Shown here: positions 41,731-51,945 of the stretch, in pieces
How positions within the stretch are numbered: the first letter of the stretch is position 1
Layout of the letters: each line of letters starts with the position of its first letter
Assembly: GCA_965261595.1 (NCBI GenBank)
Contig: CBDHDG010000002.1
Coordinates: 64,001 to 128,000 of the forward strand
DNA: 64,000 bases
Direction of reading: 5' to 3'
Source: a bacterium
Lineage (GTDB): Bacteria; UBA8248; JACPRG01; G963555815
The notes under the pieces: generated by a model
Seen by the model: the letters and a program-made list of their open reading frames with translations, nothing else
What the model was told of the DNA's origin: nothing
Databases searched by the model: none
Position numbers and translations under genes: made by a program

Positions 41731-42786
41731 GTGAAGACCATCAACCTGATGATTTCGAGGTTGCCCCTTCCGGCGGCGGGTCCGGCGCTGGACTTCGGGG
41801 ACATGGTTGCGGACGCGGGATATGTAGAGGAGGCGGAAGTCCTCGAGGAGCGAGGCGGGCCGCCTTTGTTTGTTCGTGGAAGCATCCTACTGACCTTTCT
41901 GATTGCGGGAGTCATTCTGTTGGCGGGAGGCGCGTACTACACGCTGATTCGGCCGTTGGACTTTTCCGGAACCCCGGTTCCGGCGCCGGTGAAGCGCGCG
42001 GGGGTTGGGCCGAAGGAGGGGGCGGTCTCCGTCCCCGCCGTTCGGCCGCCGGCCTCCCCCACCCCGGCCCGGCCCATGGCCCGGAAGATCGATGCGAGCC
42101 CTCCCCCCCCGACCCGACCCGTCTCGCCCGGCGCCAAGCGGGCCATCGGAAAGCCCGGCGCGTCCCCCCCTTCTTCGCCGAAGAAGCCTTCTCCCGGGGT
42201 CCCGGCGGCCGCGCTTGTGATGACCGGGACCGGCGAGAAGGAACGGAAATCTCCGGTTGGCGGGCCGCCGTCCGGTGAGCTGAAAAATGTGACCCCCGAT
42301 CCGACGATCAAGGCATCCATTGCGCCCGGGCCCGTTCCGGAAGCGGCGAAGCCCGCTCCGAAGACGGCGAAGGTCGTCCCGGCGCCGCCGCCCGAATCGG
42401 CCAAGTTGGTCGAAAAGCGGCCGAAGGCTGAAAAAGACAAGGTCCGTCCCCCCGCGAAGCGGAAGGCGCGTATGACGGCGAGTCCGGCGATGAAGGCGGA
42501 TCGGGTTGTCCGAAAGAAGGGGGGATCTTCCAAGCCCCCGCGCGTCGCGATGGCGGGAGGCGGCCGTTATAGCATTCAGGTTGGGGCGTGCAGAACGGCG
42601 AAATGCGTCGCGGGCCTGAGTCGGCGGCTCAAGGAGGCGGATCTCGAGCCCATGACCGCCAAGTCGAAGAGCGGAAAGCTGACCTATGTCCGGACGGGGA
42701 CCTATCCCACGTGGGCCGCGGTTATCGCGGAGTTGAAAAAAGTGAAACTAAGGGGGTTCAAGGATTCGTATGCCGTCAAGCGATAG
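41731..42786 (+). CDS. SPOR-domain membrane protein (TM helix, Pro/Lys-rich linker)
   Basis: TM segment [20 protein letters not shown]-terminal YSIQVGA...YVRTGTY...GFKDSYAV. Confidence 0.75.
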   Translation: MKTINLMISRLPLPAAGPALDFGDMVADAGYVEEAEVLEERGGPPLFVRGSILLTFLIAGVILLAGGAYYTLIRPLDFSGTPVPAPVKRAGVGPKEGAVSVPAVRPPASPTPARPMARKIDASPPPPTRPVSPGAKRAIGKPGASPPSSPKKPSPGVPAAALVMTGTGEKERKSPVGGPPSGELKNVTPDPTIKASIAPGPVPEAAKPAPKTAKVVPAPPPESAKLVEKRPKAEKDKVRPPAKRKARMTASPAMKADRVVRKKGGSSKPPRVAMAGGGRYSIQVGACRTAKCVAGLSRRLKEADLEPMTAKSKSGKLTYVRTGTYPTWAAVIAELKKVKLRGFKDSYAVKR

Positions 42787-42799
42787 GAATCGGGCGCCA

Positions 42800-43240
42800 A
42801 TGAACCAGCCTGCGGAGAAGCCCAAAATCCCGGACAAGCTCTTTTTCAAGATCGGAGAAGTGGCTTCGATCGCGGATACGAAGCCCCATGTTCTTCGGTA
42901 TTGGGAAACCGAGTTCGGGATTCTCAGGCCCGTCAAAAACGCCTCGGGCCAGCGGGTGTATCGGAGACGGGACGTCGAAGTCGTTCTGGAGATCAAACGC
43001 CTGCTTCATCAGGAGCGGTTCACCATCGCGGGGGCCAAGAAGCGTCTCGGCGGACGCAGGAGCGTGAAGCCCGAGGTTTCGGCCGTGGAGGAAAAGCCGG
43101 TGCTGTCGCCGGCGCCGGATTCAACCGCCGGCTCGGCGGAGACCGAAAAAATCCAGGGGCTTCTGAGCGAGTTGGAAAAAGGCCTTCGAGAGATTCTGTC
43201 CGTTCTGGACGAAACTGACCGACAGCTTGAAGGGCGTTGA
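42800..43240 (+). CDS. MerR-family transcriptional regulator
   Basis: [13 protein letters not shown]...[16 protein letters not shown]...GQRVY...[10 protein letters not shown]. Confidence 0.9.
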   Translation: MNQPAEKPKIPDKLFFKIGEVASIADTKPHVLRYWETEFGILRPVKNASGQRVYRRRDVEVVLEIKRLLHQERFTIAGAKKRLGGRRSVKPEVSAVEEKPVLSPAPDSTAGSAETEKIQGLLSELEKGLREILSVLDETDRQLEGR

Positions 43241-43414
43241 GGCCATCCGGAGAATTCTCAGCCACGAAGGATCGCTGAGGGGGAGGGTCTTCGGCGGACG
43301 CGGGACCCCCGCGGGCCCGCCGTCGATCTGGATTCATCGGACCCTGTGCGGGTAGCGAGCGTGTAGTGTGCACCCGAAAACGGCGGGGCCGGATTCACGA
43401 AGGAGTTGTTCGGC

Positions 43415-45349
43415 ATGAGCGTTTTCCGGAAAATTATCCAAGAACACCTCCGCGAGGGGAAGATGGAGGCCGGTGAGGAGATCGGAATCGAGATCGACCA
43501 GGTGCTGATCCAGGACATCACCGGCACCGTCGTGATGCTCAATTTCGAGGCCATGGGCCTGCCCCGGGTCCGGTGCCGGGTGGCGGCCGCCTACGGCGAT
43601 CACAACGTTCTCCAAGTCGATAGCCGCAACACCGAAGACCACCTCTATCTGGCGAGCGCCGGGCGGAAGTACGGCATCTGGTGGGCGAAGCCCTCGAGCG
43701 GCATCGGTCATCAGATTCATCAGGAGCATTTCGCGATCCCCGGTGTGACGGCCTTGGGGGCGGATTCCCACACGCCCCATTGCGGGGGGATGGGCATGAT
43801 CGCCATCGGCGCGGGCGGTCTCGACGTGGCCGTCGCCCTGGCGGGCGGGTTGTATTTCGTGAAGATGCCCCAGGTGGTGAACGTCCACCTGAGCGGCGAG
43901 CTGCCCGCGTGGGGGACCGCCAAGGATGTCATTCTGGAAATGCTCCGAACACTGACCGTGCGGGGCGGCTTCGGCAAGGTGATGGAGTACACCGGACCCG
44001 GCGTGAAGAGCCTCAACGCCCAGCAGCGCTGCACCATCACGAACATGGGGGCCGAATTGGGCGCCTCGACGTCGATCTTCCCTTCCGATGAGGTCACGCG
44101 GGATTATCTCCGCCGCGTCGGCCGGGAAAAGGATTGGCGGGAGGTCCTGCCGGACGCGGACGCCGAATACGACGATCGGGTGGACCTCGACCTGGGCCGG
44201 ATCGAGCCCCTGGTGGCGCTGCCCAGTTTGCCGGACAAGGTGGTCCCTGTCACCGAGGCCGCCGGAATCCCGATCCAGCAGGTCTTCGTCGGAAGCTGCA
44301 CCAACGGGTCCTACATGGACATCAAGGCCGTCGCCCGGATCATGAAGGGCCGAAAGGTTCATCCCCAAGTGGACTTCTTCATTCACCCTTCGAGCAAAAA
44401 GGACCTGGAGCTGTTGTGCCGGGAGGGATACGTGACCGACCTGCTCGAAGCGGGCGTCAACGTGGCGGAGCCCACTTGCGGGGCCTGCATCGGCAGCGGC
44501 CACGTGCCGGCCTCCGGGACGAACTCGCTCCGCGTGGCCAACCGGAATTTTCAGGGCCGGAGCGGTTTGAAGGAAGACCAGGTGTACCTGTCGAGCGCCG
44601 AGGTGGGCGCGGCCACGGCGATCGCCGGGGTCATCGCCGACCCCCGGGACTTGGGGATCGAGGCCCCGGGCCAGGATCTCCCGGACCGGTTGACGCAGGA
44701 CAACCCCAACCTGGTCGCCCCCGCCTCGGAGGAGGAGGCGAAGGGCCTTGAGGTGATCCGGGGGCCCAACATCCGGCCGGTTCCCGCCAAAGACCGGTTG
44801 GAGGACACGATCTCCGGCGAAGTCCTTCTCAAGGTCGGCGACGACATCACCACCGATCACATCATGCCCGCCGCGTCGAACATCCTGATCTTCCGCTCCA
44901 ACATCCCCAAGCTCGCCGAGTTCGTGTACCACCGGGTGGACCCGACCTTCGCCGAGCGCGCCAAGGCCAAGGGGACCGGGTTCATCGTGGGCGGCCTGAA
45001 CTACGGGCAGGGAAGCTCCCGGGAGCACGCGGCCCTGGCGCCGATGTTCCTGGGCGTCCGCGCGGTGATCGCGAAATCGTTCGCCCGAATCCATATGGCC
45101 AACCTCATCAACTGGGGGTTGATCCCCTTGCAGTTCGTCGAGGCGGAGGATTTTGACCACATCGAGCAGGGCGACGAGCTGGAGCTGAACGGCGTCCTGG
45201 ATTTCGTGAAAGACCGGGAGTCCATCGAGCTGCTCAACAAGACGAAGAACACCCAGTACCAAGTGCGGTTGGTCGCCACGCCCAGAGAGCGCCGCGTCCT
45301 CACCGCCGGCGGCAGGCTCACCGAGGCGAAGACCATGGGGAAGAATTAA
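43415..45349 (+). CDS. Aconitate hydratase (short single-chain type)
   Basis: QDITG, DHN, GADSHT, GSCTNGS, CGACIG, NRNFQGR, ITTDHI, GQGSSREHAA. Confidence 0.9.
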   Translation: MSVFRKIIQEHLREGKMEAGEEIGIEIDQVLIQDITGTVVMLNFEAMGLPRVRCRVAAAYGDHNVLQVDSRNTEDHLYLASAGRKYGIWWAKPSSGIGHQIHQEHFAIPGVTALGADSHTPHCGGMGMIAIGAGGLDVAVALAGGLYFVKMPQVVNVHLSGELPAWGTAKDVILEMLRTLTVRGGFGKVMEYTGPGVKSLNAQQRCTITNMGAELGASTSIFPSDEVTRDYLRRVGREKDWREVLPDADAEYDDRVDLDLGRIEPLVALPSLPDKVVPVTEAAGIPIQQVFVGSCTNGSYMDIKAVARIMKGRKVHPQVDFFIHPSSKKDLELLCREGYVTDLLEAGVNVAEPTCGACIGSGHVPASGTNSLRVANRNFQGRSGLKEDQVYLSSAEVGAATAIAGVIADPRDLGIEAPGQDLPDRLTQDNPNLVAPASEEEAKGLEVIRGPNIRPVPAKDRLEDTISGEVLLKVGDDITTDHIMPAASNILIFRSNIPKLAEFVYHRVDPTFAERAKAKGTGFIVGGLNYGQGSSREHAALAPMFLGVRAVIAKSFARIHMANLINWGLIPLQFVEAEDFDHIEQGDELELNGVLDFVKDRESIELLNKTKNTQYQVRLVATPRERRVLTAGGRLTEAKTMGKN

Positions 45350-45465
45350 AAACCGGGAAGCTCGATCTTGGGGCCGTCCGATGGGGGCGGCCCGTCTTTT
45401 TCGGACGAGGTCCGGCCGCGCCGGGTCCGTGACCGGCCTCGGCCGGCCAATCAGGGAGTGGGTTT

Positions 45466-46857
45466 ATGGAGTACAGGGTGGAGAAGGACTCGATGGGCGA
45501 GATGCGGGTGCCCGTGGATTCGCTCTTTGGGGCGTCCACGCAACGCGCCGTGTTGAATTTTCCGGTGAGCGACAAGCGCTTTTCCCGGGTCTTCCTCGAA
45601 GCCCTGGGCGCGGTGAAGGCGGCGTCGGCGTCGGCCAACATGAAGCTGGGGAAGCTTGATCCCGCGCTGGGCGAGCCTGTCCGCAAGGCGGCCCTGGCCG
45701 TCCGGGACGGCGAGTATGACGCCCACTTCGTTGTGGACATCTACCAGACCGGATCGGGCACCTCGACCAACACCAACGCGAATGAGGTGATCGCCAACGT
45801 GGCCAACGTCGGACTCGGCGAGCCCATCGGCAAGAAGTCGCCTGTGCATCCGAACGATCATGTGAACATGGGGCAGTCGAGCAACGACGTGATTCCGACG
45901 GCCATACACGTCTCGGCGGTCCTGGATGTCGAGCGGAGTCTGCTGCCGGCCCTGGACGCCCTGGAGGAAGCCCTGTCGAAAAAGGCCGAAGCCTTCCGGG
46001 ATGTGGTCAAAACGGGACGGACCCACCTCCAGGACGCGACGCCCGTGACGCTGGGACAGGAGTTTTCCGGATACGCCGTCCAGATCAAGAACTGCCGGGG
46101 GCGGATCGGGCGGAGTCTGGAGAACCTGAAAGAGCTGGCCATCGGCGGCACGGCCGTGGGGACCGGAATCAACACGCATCCGAAATTCGCGGGGCTTGTC
46201 TGCGCGGACCTGAGCAAGCAGTTCGGGACCGATTTCCGCGAGGCCCCCAATCACTTCGAGTCGCTGGCGGCGAAAGACACCTGCGTCGAGGCGAGCGGGA
46301 CGCTCAAGGTGCTGGCCGTCGCCCTGACCAAGATCGCCAACGACATCCGCTGGCTCTCCTCGGGGCCGCGGACGGGTCTGGGCGAGATCGCGATCCCGGA
46401 GACCCAGCCCGGATCGTCCATCATGCCCGGCAAGATCAATCCGGTCATCGCCGAGTCGGTCTTGCAGGTGGCCGCGCAGGTGATGGGAAACGACGTGACC
46501 ATCGGGGTGGGCGGGGCGTCGGGCAACTTCGAGCTCAATGTGATGATGCCGGTGATCGCTTTCAATCTCCTCGACTCCACCCGCCTCCTGGCGAACGTGT
46601 GCGGGATCTTCAAAGAGAAATGCATCGACGGCATCGAGGCCAACGCGGAGCGCGCGGCCGAGACCATCGAGCGCGGGCTGTCGCTTGTCACCGCCTTCGC
46701 GCCCGTGATCGGGTACGACAAGGCGGGGGCGCTCTCTCAGCAGGCCTTCCGGGAGAACAAGACCATCCGGGAGCTGGCCAAAGAGCAGAAGCTGTTCTCC
46801 GATGAGGAGCTCGACCGGCTGCTCGACCCCCGGTCCATGCTTCATCCGGAGGAGTAA
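45466..46857 (+). CDS. fumC: Fumarate hydratase class II
   Basis: QTGSGTSTNTNANEVI, HPNDHVN, GRTHLQDATP, GSSIMPGKINP. Confidence 0.93.
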   Translation: MEYRVEKDSMGEMRVPVDSLFGASTQRAVLNFPVSDKRFSRVFLEALGAVKAASASANMKLGKLDPALGEPVRKAALAVRDGEYDAHFVVDIYQTGSGTSTNTNANEVIANVANVGLGEPIGKKSPVHPNDHVNMGQSSNDVIPTAIHVSAVLDVERSLLPALDALEEALSKKAEAFRDVVKTGRTHLQDATPVTLGQEFSGYAVQIKNCRGRIGRSLENLKELAIGGTAVGTGINTHPKFAGLVCADLSKQFGTDFREAPNHFESLAAKDTCVEASGTLKVLAVALTKIANDIRWLSSGPRTGLGEIAIPETQPGSSIMPGKINPVIAESVLQVAAQVMGNDVTIGVGGASGNFELNVMMPVIAFNLLDSTRLLANVCGIFKEKCIDGIEANAERAAETIERGLSLVTAFAPVIGYDKAGALSQQAFRENKTIRELAKEQKLFSDEELDRLLDPRSMLHPEE

Positions 46858-46905
46858 GGGCCGCCCTCCATCCGGGAGATCGCGATTCCGCCGGAGGAGA
46901 CATCC

Positions 46906-47751
46906 GTGGAACAGGTGAGCGCCAACGTTTTCATCGACGCGACGACCTCGGGCCTGTGCACCGTCGGCGCTGTCCGGACGCCGGAGGGAGTCGTCCTGAT
47001 CTATTCGCCCAACCAGCCGACCCGCGCGGTGAGATGGCGGGGGGAGGTGGAAAGTCTGGGCGAGGTCCGCTACCTGATCAACACCGAATTTCACATCGAC
47101 CACATCTTCGGCAACGCGTTTCTTCCGGGGACCGTGATTGCGCACCGGAAGACGAAAGAGTTGTTCTACACGGACTCGGTGATCGGCCCCAGCCCCATGA
47201 AGGAACCCGAGCCCTACGTGCGGAAGATCGATCCCGAAGGTCTCGGTCTCACGGCGGATTACCGGGCCCGCGGACCGGAGGTCGCCTTCGACGGCCGCCT
47301 CACGCTCAACCTGGGAGGCGTGACCGTCGAGGCCTTCGTGGCGCCCGGCCACGTCCCGTTCCAGCTGGCCGTCCATGTGCCGGGGGAAAAGGTCCTGTTC
47401 GTCAGCGACAACGTTTTCAACGGTGTGATGACGTGGTACCACGATTCCGTCCCGTTCGAATGGCTCGAATCGCTGGACCGCTTCCGGCGGATGGACGTCG
47501 AGGTTGTCGTCCCGGGGCACGGACCGGCTTCCGGGCCGGAGGTGTTCGACGAGATGAAGGAGACCGTCGGCGAGGCCATCGGCCGCGTCCAGTCGGCCAT
47601 CGATTCCGGGATGAGCCGGGAGGAGGCGGGGGACCGGATCTCCTTCCTGGATCGCGTGCCTGTCACCGAGGGGTTCCGGTCCGCCGCGGACAGGCTCCAG
47701 CGGCTCTTCGTCGAGCGGATATACGACCAGATCATGGACCGGAGCGCCTGA
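46906..47751 (+). CDS. MBL-fold metallo-hydrolase (cyclase-like)
   Basis: INTEFHIDHIFGN, APGH, FVSDN, VPGHG; GGAGG RBS with GTG start. Confidence 0.85.
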   Translation: MEQVSANVFIDATTSGLCTVGAVRTPEGVVLIYSPNQPTRAVRWRGEVESLGEVRYLINTEFHIDHIFGNAFLPGTVIAHRKTKELFYTDSVIGPSPMKEPEPYVRKIDPEGLGLTADYRARGPEVAFDGRLTLNLGGVTVEAFVAPGHVPFQLAVHVPGEKVLFVSDNVFNGVMTWYHDSVPFEWLESLDRFRRMDVEVVVPGHGPASGPEVFDEMKETVGEAIGRVQSAIDSGMSREEAGDRISFLDRVPVTEGFRSAADRLQRLFVERIYDQIMDRSA

Positions 47752-47819
47752 GGGACGGGCGAATTCCGCCGTCCGGAGCGCGGCATCCGAACCGGGGATC
47801 GATCCCCAAGGAGACAGCA

Positions 47820-48506
47820 ATGAGCGATCTTCCCAATATCGACATTTATCACGAATATCACTGACCGTGGGCTTACATGGCCTCGGCGAGGCTGAAGGCG
47901 ATCTTCCCTGAGTTCAAGGACCGGCTCACCATCCACTGGCGGGCGTTTCCACTGGATGTGATCAACGGCCGGCCCCTTCCCCGTCACATCGTGGACCAGG
48001 AGTGGCCGCACGTCGCCAACGAGGAGCCCCTGTGCGCGTTTCGCCCGTGGGACAACATCGGCTTCCCCGATACGAGCATTTTGGCTTACGAGATATACGA
48101 TTGCGCTTATGCCCAGGACCCAGTGAAGGCCTTCGACCTCGATTACCGGATCCGGCGGGCGTTTTATTACGAAAGCCGGTGGATCCATCTCCGGAATACG
48201 CTGCTGGAGATCGGCGGCGAGGCGGGCCTCGAGATGGACCGGCTGACCGAAAACTTCGACACCGGCCGTTACAAGGCCCGGGTGATGCTCGACTGCAAGG
48301 AGGCCCTGCGGAAGCGCGATGAAGAAGGCAAGTCGATGACGAGCCCGACCCTCATCCTGCCCAACGGCGAGTTCTACTACAACCCCTTCGCGACCGAGAA
48401 GACCTTCAACGAAGACAAGGTGATGATCGTTCTCAAGCAGCCCGAAAAGACGGGAGAGGACGCATTGGAGGGGTACCGGGAGATCCTGCGGGGGGTGTTG
48501 GGATAG
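47820..48506 (+). CDS. DsbA/FrnE-like thioredoxin-fold protein, probable selenoprotein (Sec at TGA 47862-47864)
   Basis: AAGGAG RBS and ATG 47820; MSDLPNIDIYHEYH-TGA-PWAYMAS continues in frame to 48506; WRAFPL and cis-Pro SPTL motifs. Confidence 0.8.
47865..47897 (+). promoter_or_regulatory. Candidate bacterial SECIS hairpin
   Basis: GGCCTC-GGC-GAGGCT stem-loop with the loop G 21 nt after the TGA; lower stem CTT/AAG. Confidence 0.55.
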
Positions 48507-48514
48507 AGTCAGTA

Positions 48515-49918
48515 TGGACCGCCCCTGGGTTATTGGACACTCGGGTGAGGGTATTCGACCTCATGCGGCCTCCGCAACTTGAGCGAGTTTTTCCTGCCTT
48601 GCCTGGGCCGGCGTTCGGTAGCCGTAGCCCTCGAGAATCCAATGATGGTTGTACAGGTTCTTGAACTCAAGCAGCGCCCACCGCAGTTCCTCTACGGTGG
48701 CGAAAGAGCGCACCCACAGGAGATTCTCCTTCAAGATGCGGATAAACCACTCACAGTAGCCATTTCCCTCGGGCGCCCGCACGAAGCTGGGCGAACTGGT
48801 CATGCCCAGGTAGGCGATCTCCCGCTGAAAGTCATCGGACAGATAGGCGGGGCCGTGGTCGTGACGAACTTTAAGCCCCTCGGCGACGTCCGCCTCCAAG
48901 CCGGCGAAGCGCTCGGCGACCCCCTGCCGGATCGGCTCCAGGGCCTCGAAGCGGTTGCCGCTCTTGGCCGCATGGATCCCCACGCAGTCCACCGAGCAGT
49001 GATCCACCGCCACGAACACCGAGGCCATCCCCTCCTCGGTGGTCACCGTCGTCGTCATGTCCGTGCCCCACATTCGGTCGGGCCGCTCGGTGCGGATGGT
49101 CCCGTTGTGGGCCTTGGGACCTCGGGGTTTGCCCACCCGGTGGGGGGCCTGAAGCCCCGCCTCCCGCATCAGGCGACGCACCCGCTCCTTGCTGGTGCGG
49201 ATGCCCGCGAAGCGCAGCCTCGCCCACACCTTGCGGTAGCCCTCGCCATGGAAGGGAGAGTCCTCCAGGACCTGCCGGATGTGGCCGAGGAGTTCCGCAT
49301 CGGTGCACGGGCCCACAGGGCCGCGCTTATTGGGCGTGGGGCGTTCATGAACGGGGACCGCCTCTCGCCGCCGTTGCGCGTAGACCGTGGAGCGCGCCAA
49401 GCCCCAAAGGGCGCACACCCGCTTCAGGCCGTAGGCTCTGCCCGTGGAGGTGAAGCGGGCCTGACTCATCGCCTCCACCTCCTGCCGGCTAAAGGGCGGC
49501 CGGCCTCCAGGCGGTCGATCTTCTCCCGCAGGACCTCGCCCTCCATCGTGAGTTCGCCCACCTTGGCCTTGAGCCGGGCGTTCTCCTCGTCCCGCTCATC
49601 CGCCGGGCGGGCTTTGAGCGCCGCCTCGCCCCCGCGAAGGAACGCCTCGCGCCAGGCGGAAAGCCGAGCCGCTGTCGTGCCCAACTCGCGGCAGAGCGTC
49701 TCCAGGCTCTCGCCCCGCAAAAGACGCAGGACCGCCTCCCGCTTGCGCTGGCAGGAGAACCGACCCCGCTCACTGCGATGCCCTGGGGCCTTGGCTCCGT
49801 TCGCCCTGCGGGCGCCCTCCGCCAAAGCCCCCTCTTGCTTTTGTTCGTTCATCGCGACACCCCTTTCTCCATGAATCATGGATCAATCGAGTGTCCAACA
49901 AAACCCTAGAGCGGGGGA
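48515..49918 (-). mobile_element. IS3 type Y copy E, 1404 bp, intact
   Basis: Same ends and ORFs; 4-bp DR AGTA. Confidence 0.95.
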
Positions 49919-50034
49919 AGTAGACCGATGGCGCCCGGGCCTCGGGAGGCTTCAGGCTCTCCGGCGGCAAATAGGATGCGCAAAGGCCGTATAATGATTG
50001 ACCTCTGGAGACGGAAGCCCGGGGGTGAGATTGC

Positions 50035-51180
50035 ATGAGAATTCTTAGGCTGAAATTGGAGAATTGGCGGAACTTCACGAAGGTAGATGTTCGTCTACAG
50101 CAACGTGTTTTTATCGCGGGGCCGAACGCCTCGGGTAAGTCGAATTTTCTTGACGCCCTACGTTTCCTCCAAGACATCTCTACCACTGGCGGGGGACTGC
50201 AAAATGCGGTGCAAGATCGGGGCGGGGTTTCTAAAATTCGATGTTTGGCGGCCCGGAGGCATCCAGACGTTGTGATCGAAATTGAGTTGGGTGTTGATCC
50301 TGAGAATCCGGAATGGACTTACAGGATCGCGTTTAAGCAGGACAATCAACGCCGTCCCATTTTGAAAAAAGAGCTTGTTCTCCGCAACGGAAATATGGTT
50401 CTTGAAAGGCCGGACAGTAAAGATCAGGATGACGCAGAGCGACTCACGCAAACCCATCTGGAGCAAGTCAGCGCCAATTTCGATTTCAGGGAAGTTGCGG
50501 ATTTCTTCGGTTCCGTGAGGTATCTTCACGTTATCCCACATCTGATACGTGATTCTGAGTTGCATCCTCCAAGGAAAGACAAAGCAAGAGATCCCTTCGG
50601 GGGTGATTTCCTGGAGCGGATTGCTCGGACCCCAGTAAGGACTCGGGAGTCTCGCCTGGAAAAAATGCGACAGGCGTTGACGATTGCTGTTCCCCAGTTG
50701 AAAGAACTGCAGCTCGAACGTGATAAGTATGACGGAACGCCCCACCTTTCCGGACGGTCAGAACACTGGCGCCCCAAAGCCGGCTGGCAAAGGGAAGACC
50801 AATTTTCTGATGGAACCTTACGTTTGATGGGTTTACTTTGGGCCGTTCTGGACGGTTCTGGCCCGCTTCTCCTTGAGGAGCCGGAACTTTCTCTACATCC
50901 TGAAGTCGTTCGCTTCATTCCCCTAATGTTGTGGCGTGTCAGCCGGAGAAAGCAGCGTCAGATCTTCATCTCGACACATTCACCGGATTTACTTGGAGAC
51001 AAAGGCATCGCGCCCGATGAAACATTGCTGCTCCACCCCTCAGGAGAAGGCACTCAAGTGGAGTTGGCAAGAAACAATCAAGCAATCACGGCATTGTTGG
51101 AAGAAAGATTATCCATAGCGGATGCCGTGCTTCCAGCAGTGGCGCCAAAGCGCGCCGATCAGTTGGCTCTTTTTGATTAA
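50035..51180 (+). CDS. ABC-type (AAA_21-like) ATPase, lower GC
   Basis: LENWRNF, Walker A GPNASGKS, signature FSDGTLR, Walker B LLLEEPELSLHP, ISTHSP. Confidence 0.88.
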   Translation: MRILRLKLENWRNFTKVDVRLQQRVFIAGPNASGKSNFLDALRFLQDISTTGGGLQNAVQDRGGVSKIRCLAARRHPDVVIEIELGVDPENPEWTYRIAFKQDNQRRPILKKELVLRNGNMVLERPDSKDQDDAERLTQTHLEQVSANFDFREVADFFGSVRYLHVIPHLIRDSELHPPRKDKARDPFGGDFLERIARTPVRTRESRLEKMRQALTIAVPQLKELQLERDKYDGTPHLSGRSEHWRPKAGWQREDQFSDGTLRLMGLLWAVLDGSGPLLLEEPELSLHPEVVRFIPLMLWRVSRRKQRQIFISTHSPDLLGDKGIAPDETLLLHPSGEGTQVELARNNQAITALLEERLSIADAVLPAVAPKRADQLALFD

Positions 51181-51184
51181 TTTG

Positions 51185-51781
51185 ATGAACCTAGGGATTA
51201 ACGTGGCGACTGAGGGATATCCGGACGAAATCGCCGTTCGTTCTCTTTGTCGCACCGTAGGCCTTGGGATCGCAACAATTTATAACTTGCGCGGGAAGTC
51301 CACGTTGGACAAAAACCTGCGCGGTTACAACAATGCGGCGAAAAGTTGGTACTGGTTCGTCCTGCGGGACCTGGACCATGACGCCGAGTGCGGCGCCGCG
51401 TTGCGTCACCAATTAATTCCCTCACCGTCGCAATTCATGCATCTACGGATCGTGGTCCGAGAAATCGAGTCTTGGCTATTGGCGGATTCGGCGAGGTTCG
51501 CGCAATTTCTCGGCGTGGCTCGGTCGAAGTTTCCTGAGGATCCCGAATCGTTGGATTATCCGAAGCGGGAATTCATTCGTTTGGCCTCTGGTTCCTCTAA
51601 ACGGAATATTCGTGATGATATGGTTCCTCGCCCCGGGAGCGGCGCCGCACAAGGTCCAGGTTATGGGGCGCGTCTTGCGGAATTTATCGAAAGTCACTGG
51701 AGACCGGACGTGGCGGCGCAGTCGTCCGACAGCCTAAGACGCTGTCTGGGAAGGCTGACGGAATGGGTCGCTGATGTTTGA
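51185..51781 (+). CDS. TOPRIM-like (DUF4276-like) partner protein
   Basis: VATEGYPDE, LRDLDHD, VREIESWLLAD, PEDPESL..PK, SDSLRR. Confidence 0.7.
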   Translation: MNLGINVATEGYPDEIAVRSLCRTVGLGIATIYNLRGKSTLDKNLRGYNNAAKSWYWFVLRDLDHDAECGAALRHQLIPSPSQFMHLRIVVREIESWLLADSARFAQFLGVARSKFPEDPESLDYPKREFIRLASGSSKRNIRDDMVPRPGSGAAQGPGYGARLAEFIESHWRPDVAAQSSDSLRRCLGRLTEWVADV

Positions 51782-51945
51782 TGAAGATGTAAGGTCAACT
51801 AAAAGATTCGATCTATGAAGTGAACTACTTGCGGAAGGGGGCGACCCTGAGGGACCGGCCCCCTGCGCGAAATGAAAGATTTCGAAGGGGTTTGGGGGAC
51901 AGACCCAACCGGGTCGGGTTTTCAAATATCCCTCAAGAACTTTTC

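Noticed and set aside
45451..47820. 789-aa minus-strand ORF and similar long antisense ORFs (27190-29361, 43334-45262, 57693-59369, the 431-aa ORFs in the IS copies)
   Set aside because: Shadow frames of well-supported genes in high-GC DNA; no recognisable motifs.
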